From assembly GCA_021792255.1 (NCBI GenBank), contig JAJYUZ010000001.1:1-64000 (forward strand): DNA of 64,000 nt. The letters are read 5' to 3'. The notes beneath the pieces were generated by a model. The model ran no database searches. It was not told where the DNA came from and worked only from the letters and a program-made list of their open reading frames with translations. The stretch comes from Thermoplasmata archaeon (lineage in GTDB: Archaea > Thermoplasmatota > Thermoplasmata > Thermoplasmatales > GCA-001856825). This document shows, one piece after another, positions 28,882-39,414 of the stretch. Position 1 is the stretch's first letter. Each line of letters opens with the position of its first letter. The position numbers and the translations under genes were made by a program.

Positions 28882-30552
28882 TTGAATGAGAGCCAACGAC
28901 TGAGGAGATTTGCATTCCGGTCTCCAAAATACTATCTAGTACTCCCTCTCATAGTCGTTTTGATCCCTCTTTATTACCTTTCTTCTTACGATCTAAGATT
29001 TACTCTGATCTATTCTCTTTCAATCGCAAGTCTTATCGTATGGGACATTGTTTCCCCTAGACTTTTTAAGTTCAGATTCCCGGTCCAAAGGATACTGTTC
29101 CTGAATCTGGTGACGTTGTACTTTGGCACGGTCTTCTATTTTATAGTGATCGCTTTTCACTTTCTGAAATCTCCCATAGCCCTTCTGGTTTCTATCACGA
29201 CTATTCCATTCCTGCGGACCGTCGTTTACATAACATTCACGAACAGGAACGTCCTCGTGATTCACATCATTGCGATCTCATTTTCACTGTTTTTCTCCAT
29301 CTACATTGCATTGATAGATTCTACCTATGTGATCTTCATAGCTCCGTTGATCCTTTCTTCAATAGTTTATGCGCTTGCAGCTCACCTGTTCGTAAGACTG
29401 ACGGTATCCAAGTTCGTTAAGGAATTTAGCACAGATCCAATAAAAATCCTCAGAGAATTTGCAAACAGCATGGCAACGGACATTTCTTACAATACAATTC
29501 TGAAAAATTTCTTCGAAGACATGTATACTACTCTCGCTCCTCGTGAAATATCTTTCATAAGGATGAAAACGGAAGGTAAAAAATTTACTATGGTTTTTCC
29601 GTACGTCCATCCCGGCCCGCTTGGTGACTTGGGCAGCTCTAATCTAACCGTGAGACTGGAAAGAAAACACACGGATCAAGACCTCCTAGTATTTCACACG
29701 ACCACGACTCACGACGATAATTGTTCAGGAGACTCGGAGATCGAAAAGATATCCAAAGTCCTCAATGAAAAGGGAAGAGAGTTCAGCTACTGCTATGAAC
29801 CATTTTTTGGAAAATATCTGACATTTCTTCCACTGGGGGATGGTGGCATATTCTTCCTCTCGCCAGATGATCCGAGATTCGACGACGTCAAGATTGCAGA
29901 GGGAAGAAAGATTGTCCGGAAGGCGAAATCACTTGGACTGAAATGGGCGATAGCAGTTGATGAACACAACAACAATATGGAGGAACCAGTGGAACTCAAG
30001 GACGTCTCTTACCTCCTGGGTGAAGTAGAACAGGCCGTCAAAAGTCGTAAAAATAAGAGATCACTCTTCGCTTCTTATGGCAGAGCGATACCCGACTCCA
30101 AGGATCTCGGACCTGGAGGAATTTCTTTTGTCTCAGTCACCGCAGGATCAAAGAAGCTTGCAATAATTCTGCTTGATGGAAACAACATGCAATTAGAGTT
30201 GAGGCAGAAGATAGAAGGCTCCCTAAGCGGATACGATAAGATTCTGGTATGCACTACAGACAACCACGTTGTGAACGTCAATGGTCTCAACGTCAATCCG
30301 GTCGGGAGGTTCTCAGACAATGAACAGATCGTGAGGTCGGTGAAAAAACTGGAAGCGGAATTAGTAGATCAAAAAGAAGCGAACTTGGAGTACGCGAAGA
30401 GAGATATATGGCTGAAGGTCGCAGGCGAAAACCAGTGGGAGAAACTCAACTCCGTGATAAGGAGTTCGGTGAATAAGGCGAAGGTCCTGAGCGCCGCATC
30501 AATAGTCGTTTCAATAGCCCTCTCGCTTATCATCTTCAAGATCCTGAATTAA
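28882..30552 (+). CDS. DUF2070 family membrane protein
   Basis: N-terminal TMs; VHPGPLGDLGSSNL, H...HD, DEHN, DGNNM, TTDNH motifs. Confidence 0.85.
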   Translation: MNESQRLRRFAFRSPKYYLVLPLIVVLIPLYYLSSYDLRFTLIYSLSIASLIVWDIVSPRLFKFRFPVQRILFLNLVTLYFGTVFYFIVIAFHFLKSPIALLVSITTIPFLRTVVYITFTNRNVLVIHIIAISFSLFFSIYIALIDSTYVIFIAPLILSSIVYALAAHLFVRLTVSKFVKEFSTDPIKILREFANSMATDISYNTILKNFFEDMYTTLAPREISFIRMKTEGKKFTMVFPYVHPGPLGDLGSSNLTVRLERKHTDQDLLVFHTTTTHDDNCSGDSEIEKISKVLNEKGREFSYCYEPFFGKYLTFLPLGDGGIFFLSPDDPRFDDVKIAEGRKIVRKAKSLGLKWAIAVDEHNNNMEEPVELKDVSYLLGEVEQAVKSRKNKRSLFASYGRAIPDSKDLGPGGISFVSVTAGSKKLAIILLDGNNMQLELRQKIEGSLSGYDKILVCTTDNHVVNVNGLNVNPVGRFSDNEQIVRSVKKLEAELVDQKEANLEYAKRDIWLKVAGENQWEKLNSVIRSSVNKAKVLSAASIVVSIALSLIIFKILN

Positions 30553-30637
30553 TTCTATTCTATGCGATCTAAGATCGATAAAGGATGTGGTGATCGAGGT
30601 CAATCATATTTTTATAAATCTTTAATATTGAGGCTCA

Positions 30638-32899
30638 GTGGGAAGTTTAATCATAGCCGAGAAGGCAAATGTTGCACTTAGGATTGCATCCTCTCTGAGT
30701 GAAGGAAAGGTAAGCAGGGTCAAAGTTGGGGCCTCTACAATACTAAAGTTCCAAAGAGAAGGGAGCGATTACTCAGTTCTGTCTCTGAGGGGGCACGTGG
30801 TAGAATTGGACTATCCTAAAGAGTTAAGTTCTTGGAGGATCGATAATCTCAAGAGATTGGTCCAGGAGAAACCAATCGAAAGCGTCAAGATAAAGGGACT
30901 CGAGTACGCCCTGAAAAAACTCAACGATGAAAATTCGAGCGTCATAGTCGCTACAGACTACGACAGGGAGGGGGAACTGATCGGGGTCGAAACGCTCAGG
31001 ATAATGGAAAGGAATAACGGCATCAAGAGGGCGAGATTCAGTGCACTGACGAAATACGATCTCGTACAGTCGTTTGAGAATCTTACAGACGTGGATTATA
31101 ATCTTGCGGGTTCCGCCGAAGCTCGAGAAATCATAGACCTGATGTGGGGCGCAGCACTTACGAGATTCTTCAGTGTGACGACCAAGAGACTTGGTGGAGA
31201 ATTCATTTCAGTAGGAAGAGTACAGAGTCCTACCCTAACTATTCTGGTCGAAAAAGAGATGGAGATCAGGAACTTTGTGCCGGTGAAATATTGGGATATT
31301 AGTATCGTGGTGAATGGAACAAAGTTCAACTATGAAGGTAACCCAATCAAGAAAAAAGAAGAAGCAGAGAGGCTACTTGAAATCCTAAGGGGTAACAGTG
31401 CAGTCCTCGTAAAAGAAAAGAATGACAAGGAAAGAAAAATATACAGGCCAGCTCCATTCTCTACGACCGAATTCTTAAGGGATGCGAACAAGATCGGTAT
31501 ATCAGTTGAACGGGCAATGGCCATCGCTGAAACTCTCTATCAGCACGGAAAGATTTCGTACCCTAGAACAGACAACACAGTCTATCCGAGGACACTAAGC
31601 ATCAAATCGATTCTGTCCAACCTTTCCGATTCCTACCTGAAGAAGGAAGTGGATCATCTGACCACTCACAGCAAGCTTATTCCCTCAAGGGGAAGGGTCG
31701 AAACGACAGATCACCCTCCAATCTATCCGACCTCGTCACTCAAGAAGAGTGAACTCAAGGGTGATTATTTCAAGATCTATGATTTGATCGCAAGGAGATT
31801 CTTAGCCACCGTTGCTGAGAACGCAGACGTTCTTGACTCAGAATACGCAGTGGAAACTGGTGGCCTGAAGTTCATTTATACGGCAACGAAAGCAGTCAAC
31901 AGAGGCTGGATGGATTATTACCCAATCGTCTACTACCAGGAAAAGAGGGATCCGGAACTGAAGGTCGGACAGGAGGCCAACTTCACCGAACCGAAGATTG
32001 ACGAAAAGAGCACGAACCCCCCACCGAGGTACACTCAAGGGTCGCTTCTAGAAAAAATGGAAAAGGAACTTCTGGGCACCAAGAGCACGAGACACGAAAT
32101 AATTCAGAAACTTTACGATCGTGGATTCATAGAAGGGAATCCGATAAGGGTAAGACCGTTGGGAATGGCCATGGGTGAGTCTCTGATCCTCAATTCCGAG
32201 GCCGTTGCAAGACCTGAAATGACAGCAAGACTCGAACAAGAAATGGATCAGATCGCTGGCGGTTCTAAGAAAAAGGAAGAGGTCGTTGAAGACAGTCGTT
32301 CCATGCTATCTGGTCTGCTCGATGATTTGATAGGAAAGTCGGACAGGATTAGTGAAAAATTCTACGAAACCCTGAAACTGGAAAAGGTCGTGGGCAAGTG
32401 TCCTAAGTGCGGTTCCGACCTCATAATAGATTACAGCAACAATTCAAGATACATTAAGTGTACTGGACCTTCGAACGATTTCTTCCAGTATCTACCGAAG
32501 ATGGGAAAGATTGAGGTAACGGATGAAAAGTGTCCCGTTTGCAATCTCTTCTTGATCAAGGTCATCAGAAAGGGCGAAAGACCGGAGACCAGGTGCGTGG
32601 ACAACAAGTGCTCGTACAACACGAGCAGGGAGACATTCGGCAAATGCCCTTCGGACGGTGGAAATCTGGTCCTGAGGAGAAGCAAGATGTCGACTCGCTT
32701 CATCGGCTGTTCCAATTATCCAAACTGTAAGGTCACTCTTTCGATTCCTCAGAAGATGGACATTATTCCGACCAACAAGAAGTGCGCGATAGACGATTTT
32801 CCTATGGCCATTTTTAAGTACGGGAAGGAAGAGGTCGAACAATGCCTGAATTCAAAGTGTTCAAGCCGGTCGGGAAAGAAATCAGAGAATTCCAAATGA
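30638..32899 (+). CDS. topA: DNA topoisomerase I (type IA) with C-terminal zinc ribbons
   Basis: IIAEK, ATDYDREGELIG, SVGRVQSPTL, SYPRTD, several C4 ribbons. Confidence 0.96.
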   Translation: MGSLIIAEKANVALRIASSLSEGKVSRVKVGASTILKFQREGSDYSVLSLRGHVVELDYPKELSSWRIDNLKRLVQEKPIESVKIKGLEYALKKLNDENSSVIVATDYDREGELIGVETLRIMERNNGIKRARFSALTKYDLVQSFENLTDVDYNLAGSAEAREIIDLMWGAALTRFFSVTTKRLGGEFISVGRVQSPTLTILVEKEMEIRNFVPVKYWDISIVVNGTKFNYEGNPIKKKEEAERLLEILRGNSAVLVKEKNDKERKIYRPAPFSTTEFLRDANKIGISVERAMAIAETLYQHGKISYPRTDNTVYPRTLSIKSILSNLSDSYLKKEVDHLTTHSKLIPSRGRVETTDHPPIYPTSSLKKSELKGDYFKIYDLIARRFLATVAENADVLDSEYAVETGGLKFIYTATKAVNRGWMDYYPIVYYQEKRDPELKVGQEANFTEPKIDEKSTNPPPRYTQGSLLEKMEKELLGTKSTRHEIIQKLYDRGFIEGNPIRVRPLGMAMGESLILNSEAVARPEMTARLEQEMDQIAGGSKKKEEVVEDSRSMLSGLLDDLIGKSDRISEKFYETLKLEKVVGKCPKCGSDLIIDYSNNSRYIKCTGPSNDFFQYLPKMGKIEVTDEKCPVCNLFLIKVIRKGERPETRCVDNKCSYNTSRETFGKCPSDGGNLVLRRSKMSTRFIGCSNYPNCKVTLSIPQKMDIIPTNKKCAIDDFPMAIFKYGKEEVEQCLNSKCSSRSGKKSENSK

Positions 32900-33276
32900 C
32901 GACTTATTTCACTGACACTCTGTATTTTCCAGACGTAAACCTAACTGAATTGTACTCTCCAAAGTCACCTTAGAAATGCGTCCCTCAGAAATATTACCAT
33001 CGTTCAGACTTTTGAAGCTATTGAAAATAATGACGTCACACGAACAATTAGCGGTGCGTCCTTCTGAATTCATTTAAATAAATCTTGGATCTCAATCATA
33101 TTGAAACTTCAGCCCTAAAGTTGACCTTAAATAATAGCGTTTAATTTTTCGATTAAAAAAACCAGAAAAATCTGACGCTTCATATAAGCTGTTCTTACGA
33201 AAAAAGACAGAAAACTATATATATAAAGTATGACATATTGATGCCATATAACAGACAACTGTCATACGGTGAAAAA

Positions 33277-36200
33277 ATGTTCCTAAAAAGAATTGAAATG
33301 GAAAATTTCAAGTCATTTGGAAGAAAGACAGTAATAGATTTTAGATCCGGTTATACGTCGGTAACAGGTCCGAATGCTTCTGGAAAGAGCAACATAGGAG
33401 ATGCTCTTCTGTTCGTTCTTGGAACCAAGAGTAATAAATCTCTAAGGGCTCAGAAGCTAATTGATCTTATTCACCGAAATCAGTCAGGAAAACCCTCTCC
33501 CTATCTCAAAGCAAGTGTGACTTTCGACAACACCGACAAGTTGGTTCCACTGGAAGCGAATGAGGTAACTTTCACTAGGATGGTGAAACTTTCAGAGAAT
33601 AATGATCAGGATTACTCTTCCTACTACTATATTAACGATGACAGGGCAAGACTCCAGGATTTCGAATACCTCCTAGAAAAAGTGAAGATATTCGCCGACG
33701 GCTACAATTTTGTCAGGCAGGGTGATATCACCGGAATAGTCGAAATGACTCCTCTGGAACGACGAGGCATCTTGGAAGAAGTAGGGGGTATTTCTGTATA
33801 CAACAACGAGATCGAAAAGGCAAACAATGAAAAGGACAAGACCAGAGAAAATATGGTCACAGTTCAAGCACTGATCACCGAACTCTCAGGGAGGGTCGAG
33901 CTTCTGACGAAGGAAAAGGAGCAAGCTGAGGTATATCTATCGAAAAAGAAAGAAGTAGACAAAGATGAGTCCGTACTCCTTTACAGAAAGAAGAGCGATA
34001 CCGAGAACGAGATCTCAACAATTAAAGAGCAAATGGAAAAGATAAGCACAGAAGTTAAGGCTGCAGATGAGAAGATAAAAGAGTTGCTTGTGAAGGGGGA
34101 AGAGTTGGACAAGAAGATATCTTCTATGAAGGAGAGCAACAAAGATCTTGAGGAATTCCAGAAGATAAAGAATGATCTTGATGCTAGCAAGATAAATTAT
34201 GCCAAGACAAACATGGAACACGAGAATCTGCAAGGAACGATTTCACAGATCAAGAAAGAAATCTCCGAGCTCATAACGAGAAAGAAGAAACTGGAGACAG
34301 AAGTAAAACAGAGTGAAGCTAAGGTCAAGGCCCTTGAGGGAGAACTGAGGATAAAGAGCGATGGTTTGAGGGAGCTGGAGCTCAGCATTCAGGACTTGGA
34401 AAACAAATCTGCAACATCAGTAGACAAATTCGAGGACCTGACAAAATCAATGAATGTGATCAGCAAGCAGAAAGAGGATACTCTCAGCGAGCTCGCGAAA
34501 CACAAATCCAATTTATCATCCATTCAGGGAAAGAATTCGGGGATAATGGAAGAGATTTCAAAGATAGAGGAAGAGCTCGCAAATCTCGAGTTCTCCATAA
34601 AAGACGCAGACTGGCGATCCAAGAATCTCAAAAAGGCAACTCCTCAGGGCGAGGACTTCAACAAAAACTATCTCGATACTAAGAGAAAAATGGAGGGGCT
34701 GCGGAGGGATGAAGAAGAGATAACTTCTCAAATTGAGAAGACAGAGAGCGAGGTAGGCAAGGTACAGGGTGTAAAACTTTCTGGGGTATGGGAGAGTATC
34801 AACTTCATAAACGTCGAATCCTCAAACGGGAATTTGAAGGGAATCAAGGGGACGGTCGATTCACTGATAAGTTATTCTCCGGAGAATGAAAAGGCGATCA
34901 GGGCCGCCGGAGGAAACAGACTATTCAGCATAGTCGTGGACAGAGATGAAGACGCACAGGTTGCAATAGAATTACTGAAGAGAAAGGGGAGAGGACGACT
35001 TACATTTCTGCCGCTCAACAAGATAATCCCACTCAGGCCGAGAGGAAAGGCGGTGATGCTGGCCCAGGGTCAATCGACATTGGGCTTCCTTTCTGAGAAG
35101 ATAAAAGCTGATGATTCGTTAAAGGACATAGTAAGCTACGTCTTTTCTGATACTCTACTCGTAAGCGATATGAAGGTGGCCAGGGAGGTAATGGGAGGAG
35201 TGAGAATAGTCACTCTAGATGGTGATCTCATTGATCCTAGCAACGCAATGACTGGAGGAAACCTTCCGAAGAGAGAGATCGGAAAGGACTTGGAAGGGCT
35301 CACTTCAAAACTTTCTTTGCTCAAGGGAAGGAGAGTCGAAATAAGAAACGAACTGGCTTCTCTCGAAAACGAGTTGAGAAATCTAGCAGAGAAAATAAAC
35401 AAGGCCCACCTAGAAGTAGGAAAGTCGGAGGGAGAATTTACTCAGATAGTAAGCAGAAAGAAAGAACTTGAAGAACAATTGAGAAAGAAAAAGGGATACT
35501 TGGAAGAAAGAAAGAAACTTCTCGAACTCGGCACAAAAGATGAGCAGGCGGAAAACAGTGCAATCGCACAGATAAATTCAGAATTAGATTCCATAGGCAA
35601 GCAAGTGGAAAAGTTGAACGGCGAGAAGGACAAGACAATGGATAAGAAGACCAGAGAAGAAATAAGGCTGATGAAGCAGAAGTCAAGCGATCTCAAGAGT
35701 GATGTGGAAGGAAAGACTACATTCCTGAACGAGCAGAAGATGTCTTTGAGCGCATTGAAGGCAAACCACGACTCGATAGAGGAATCGATCGAGACGAAGC
35801 AGGATGAGCTCTCTACCAACAAGAAATTGTCGGATGATCAGGAGGCTTCGCTAAGCAAAATGAAGGCCGAATTGGATACAGTCACATCAATGTTCCAATC
35901 AAAGGAAGGTAAATTAAAGCAAAGAGGGGAAGAGATAGAAAAAATCACCAACGAGAGATTCAAGATCAGATCAGAAGTCGAGTCCAAGACTACGATAAAG
36001 AAGACCAAACAAGACTTCTTGTTATCGCTTCAGGCCAAGATGGAAGACGCAGCGCAGAGAATCACTGAACTGGCCAAAACCATAGAGGAAAAGAAATTCG
36101 AAATAATAGAAGATAAAAGGTCTGTAGAAGAGATAAAGAAAGAGATTAACTTACTCGAAAACCAGCTGCACGAGATGGAACCGATCAACCTCAAGAGCAT

Positions 36201-36786
36201 AAACGACTATGCAGAAGAGAAGGCACGACTGGACGAACTTCTGGGAAAGAAGGAGCGCCTCGATGACGAAATGAAGAGATTGGGAGACCTTGAAAGCAAG
36301 CTTGAAGAACAGAAGAAGGTGGTATTCCTTGAAGTCTTCGGGGCGGTCAACAAGAACTTCATAGAAATTTACAAGGAACTGACGAACGGAGGAGAAGGAT
36401 ACCTGCTCTTGGAAAACATAACGAATCCTTTCCAGGGTGGACTCTTGATAAAGGCTTCGTCAAAGGGGAAGAAGGTCGACAATCTCGCATCACTTAGCGG
36501 TGGTGAAAAGAGCATCGCCGCTCTATCACTAATCATCGCCATACAGAACTATGATCCATCTCCTATCTATTTCATGGACGAAGTCGACATGTTTTTGGAT
36601 GGAGTTAATGCTGAAAACGTCGGAAGGCTGTTTAGAAGAAATTCCGGAAATGCGCAGATCATTGCGGTAACTCTCAGGAAGGCCACTATGAAGTATGCGC
36701 ATCAGATCATTGGCGTGACTTTCCAGGACAAGAACAGCACTATCTTTACCAAGGAACTTGAACAGGAGGAGGCTGCTGCGACATGA
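33277..36786 (+). CDS. smc: Chromosome segregation protein SMC
   Basis: MENFKSF, GPNASGKSN, hinge GRLTFLPL, LSGGEKS, DEVD; ATG 33277 after GGTGA SD. Confidence 0.96.
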   Translation: MFLKRIEMENFKSFGRKTVIDFRSGYTSVTGPNASGKSNIGDALLFVLGTKSNKSLRAQKLIDLIHRNQSGKPSPYLKASVTFDNTDKLVPLEANEVTFTRMVKLSENNDQDYSSYYYINDDRARLQDFEYLLEKVKIFADGYNFVRQGDITGIVEMTPLERRGILEEVGGISVYNNEIEKANNEKDKTRENMVTVQALITELSGRVELLTKEKEQAEVYLSKKKEVDKDESVLLYRKKSDTENEISTIKEQMEKISTEVKAADEKIKELLVKGEELDKKISSMKESNKDLEEFQKIKNDLDASKINYAKTNMEHENLQGTISQIKKEISELITRKKKLETEVKQSEAKVKALEGELRIKSDGLRELELSIQDLENKSATSVDKFEDLTKSMNVISKQKEDTLSELAKHKSNLSSIQGKNSGIMEEISKIEEELANLEFSIKDADWRSKNLKKATPQGEDFNKNYLDTKRKMEGLRRDEEEITSQIEKTESEVGKVQGVKLSGVWESINFINVESSNGNLKGIKGTVDSLISYSPENEKAIRAAGGNRLFSIVVDRDEDAQVAIELLKRKGRGRLTFLPLNKIIPLRPRGKAVMLAQGQSTLGFLSEKIKADDSLKDIVSYVFSDTLLVSDMKVAREVMGGVRIVTLDGDLIDPSNAMTGGNLPKREIGKDLEGLTSKLSLLKGRRVEIRNELASLENELRNLAEKINKAHLEVGKSEGEFTQIVSRKKELEEQLRKKKGYLEERKKLLELGTKDEQAENSAIAQINSELDSIGKQVEKLNGEKDKTMDKKTREEIRLMKQKSSDLKSDVEGKTTFLNEQKMSLSALKANHDSIEESIETKQDELSTNKKLSDDQEASLSKMKAELDTVTSMFQSKEGKLKQRGEEIEKITNERFKIRSEVESKTTIKKTKQDFLLSLQAKMEDAAQRITELAKTIEEKKFEIIEDKRSVEEIKKEINLLENQLHEMEPINLKSINDYAEEKARLDELLGKKERLDDEMKRLGDLESKLEEQKKVVFLEVFGAVNKNFIEIYKELTNGGEGYLLLENITNPFQGGLLIKASSKGKKVDNLASLSGGEKSIAALSLIIAIQNYDPSPIYFMDEVDMFLDGVNAENVGRLFRRNSGNAQIIAVTLRKATMKYAHQIIGVTFQDKNSTIFTKELEQEEAAAT

Positions 36787-37562
36787 GCACCGAACTCGTT
36801 TCAGAGATTCTAGACAAGAAAAAGGATCAGGCCGTCATTGAGAAGATCATTCAGGAAGAGATCAATCCGGATATCGATAACAAGAGGGGAGAAGTAATTC
36901 TGAAGGTACTCGAAGTCGTTGACAAATACGATCTCGATCCGTGGAACATAGACCTGGAAAAATTCACGTCTGTTTTCTTGAATGAAGTCAACCAGTACTT
37001 CAGGGACTTCCCTGTGGCCGGAAAGATAGTCTACTTTGCGTGGATCAATATCAGAAACAAGAGCGAACTTCTGTTACCACAACCGGAAGAACAGGAAGAG
37101 TTGTTCGACGAACAGATGGAAGTTGGAGAAGAGGATCTTCCAATTCCAGACATAGCACTTGGGTACCTGCCAGTAGAGAAGAGGAATGTGACGATAGAAG
37201 ACATACTTGAAGCAATAAAGAACACACCTCTGAGCCTCCTACGGAGCACGGTCAAGAAAGCCAAGAAGATCATATTCCAGGAAACAGCTCATCCAGAAGA
37301 CTTCCACGTAATAATCGGAGAGATCTGGACGAGAATGCTTCTGGCAAAGAAGGACCACTTCACAATGGAATCGATTTCAAACAGCTCGGAAGATGACGTG
37401 ATAAACGTATTTCAATCATCACTATTCCTGTCTTACTACGGCAGGATCGAGCTGAATCAGGAGACTCCCTTTGGCAACATCTGGATAAAGATGCTGAAGA
37501 GGGACAAAACTACCGCACCAATTCCAGAAGTCAAGTTGGAAGAAGACGAATTCGCAGTTTGA
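36783..37562 (+). CDS. scpA: Kleisin ScpA
   Basis: LDPWNIDL N-terminal motif and LFL...GRIELNQETPFGNI C-terminal wHTH; ATGA overlap with smc. Confidence 0.88.
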   Translation: MSTELVSEILDKKKDQAVIEKIIQEEINPDIDNKRGEVILKVLEVVDKYDLDPWNIDLEKFTSVFLNEVNQYFRDFPVAGKIVYFAWINIRNKSELLLPQPEEQEELFDEQMEVGEEDLPIPDIALGYLPVEKRNVTIEDILEAIKNTPLSLLRSTVKKAKKIIFQETAHPEDFHVIIGEIWTRMLLAKKDHFTMESISNSSEDDVINVFQSSLFLSYYGRIELNQETPFGNIWIKMLKRDKTTAPIPEVKLEEDEFAV

Positions 37563-37639
37563 ATCGAACGCAGGATTGACGGTAAAATAACCAAGGGTAG
37601 CCTTGATTATGAAAGGAATAGAAAATGAGAAGATAGATC

Positions 37640-38089
37640 TCAGGTCGGAATAAGGGGTTTCTCCATCGTGTAGGCGTCTGAGCCATCGTTGTAATACGAC
37701 GGAAGAAGACTGGATATCAAGTATCCGTGGTTCTTGTAGAAATTTATCCCCTCCAGATTGTCCGTCCTGACCTCCAGCTTCACCTTGTTCACCTTGACCT
37801 TTAGGGCCTCCTCTTCGAATAGAGACATCAGTCCCGTGCCTATCCCATTGTTCCTAAACGGAGTGTCAACGGCTAGCATCAGAATCCTGGCTTCTTTTTC
37901 GCCTGAAATTCCTCCGCAAATGAATCCCGCTATTGAATGGTCAGACATTCCCACGATGAAGGCAGAAGGCCACGATCTCTGGATGTCTAGGAAGACAAAG
38001 TCATTGTATCGCTCCGTCAGGTTCTTCTTGGTTATCTCTATTATTGCACCGAGTTCGGAAGGATTGAACAATCTGAACTGCACAAACAT
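37640..38089 (-). CDS. rimI: RimI/Ard1-like N-acetyltransferase
   Basis: LAVD..RNNGIG, LEVRTDN..INFY..GY, YYNDGSDA. Confidence 0.85.
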   Translation of the reverse strand: MFVQFRLFNPSELGAIIEITKKNLTERYNDFVFLDIQRSWPSAFIVGMSDHSIAGFICGGISGEKEARILMLAVDTPFRNNGIGTGLMSLFEEEALKVKVNKVKLEVRTDNLEGINFYKNHGYLISSLLPSYYNDGSDAYTMEKPLIPT

Positions 38090-38095
38090 AGCCCT

Positions 38096-39307
38096 TCAGA
38101 ATGTGTTTATTTCACCCGCTACCAGCATCTTCGTTATTCTGTTCAAATTGGCCAACCAGTCGTTCGCTATCTGGGTGAAGTCCTTCGTATATTTTTTTGC
38201 AGTCGGCTCGCTCGTTCCAATTATTTGTAGATTGGCTACGTGTGGATCATCAATCGGTCTTCCAATCTGCGAAACAATTCTTACGTGAATTTCTGGAACG
38301 TCTCCGCCAGCCTCTTTGATTGCCTGTTCGGCTATTTTCATTGCTGCAAGATTGTACAGTTTGCCAACGTGAGTCACGGGATTCTTACCAGCTGCTGCTT
38401 CCATGCTCATCGGTCTGTAAGGAGTAATCAATCCGGTCACCCTGTTTCCTCTTCCAACGGAACCATCGTCTCCATTTTCCATTGATAGTCCAGTCACCGT
38501 GAGATAGTAGATGTTGTCTTTCGGGTTATCCGCGGTATTGACTGAAACCTTGATCTCACGCTTCGAGTCTTTCTGGACAAACTTCTGGATTAATTCTCTT
38601 GCCTTTTCCTTCTTGTCTGCATAATCTTTTCCGTCTTTAACGTACTTCCCGACCATTGCAGCTGCTATCGTCAGGTTGATCGTATCCTTCTTCCTGAATC
38701 CCATCACCTTGACATCGTATCCAAGCGCAGGTATAGTTTTCTTCAATTCTGAATTGATATAGTTCTCCGCCCTCATGACTGCTCTCTCTGTTTCAGAATA
38801 TGGAGCAAAGCCTACCCCGAACGATGTATCATTTGAAAGCAATTTAGTTGTATCGTACAAAGATCTCAAATCAACCGACCCATGTCCGATTCTACAATCT
38901 ATCATTACATCGCTCTCGATGTTGAGCATATCAAACCTGTCCCTCAGGTAATCAGAAGCAGCCTTTATTGCAATGCTTCTGTACGGTATTCTTTTCCCGT
39001 TGACGGACGTAGTCGCTCTACCCGACAACAGAATGTAGACAGGTTCGAGAACAGTACCACCGTTGAATTCTGGTTGTGACTGACCTCCAACCACTTCTAC
39101 CTGGTCGGTATTATGATGCAGTATTCTTCCGTAGTTTTCTATGTAGTATCTCGATAAAGATCTGCTTACTGCCTCAGCGATTCCATCAGATACGGAATCT
39201 GGGTGACCGATTCCCTTTCGTTCCACTATTTCGACTTCTCTTTGCTCAACTAAGGCTTGAGGCAAAGATTCGACGACAATATTCCTTGTCATTATGGACT
39301 CCTCCAT
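38096..39307 (-). CDS. mat: Archaeal S-adenosylmethionine synthetase
   Basis: ERKGIGHPD, HHNTD, NDTSFG, GRGNR, AGKNPVTHVGK. Confidence 0.96.
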   Translation of the reverse strand: MEESIMTRNIVVESLPQALVEQREVEIVERKGIGHPDSVSDGIAEAVSRSLSRYYIENYGRILHHNTDQVEVVGGQSQPEFNGGTVLEPVYILLSGRATTSVNGKRIPYRSIAIKAASDYLRDRFDMLNIESDVMIDCRIGHGSVDLRSLYDTTKLLSNDTSFGVGFAPYSETERAVMRAENYINSELKKTIPALGYDVKVMGFRKKDTINLTIAAAMVGKYVKDGKDYADKKEKARELIQKFVQKDSKREIKVSVNTADNPKDNIYYLTVTGLSMENGDDGSVGRGNRVTGLITPYRPMSMEAAAGKNPVTHVGKLYNLAAMKIAEQAIKEAGGDVPEIHVRIVSQIGRPIDDPHVANLQIIGTSEPTAKKYTKDFTQIANDWLANLNRITKMLVAGEINTF

Positions 39308-39414
39308 AATCGGTAAAATTTCTTTAATGATTAAAATTTTTGTGAATCTTATTTATATACAAATTGTTCGAAAACCCGAAAAACAGTTTAATACGCTCGA
39401 TTTATTTAGAAAAC

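Noticed and set aside
32900-33237. Intergenic region between topA and smc as a possible origin or ncRNA
   Set aside because: No ORB-like repeats, no cdc6 nearby, and no clear stable structure or C/D boxes.
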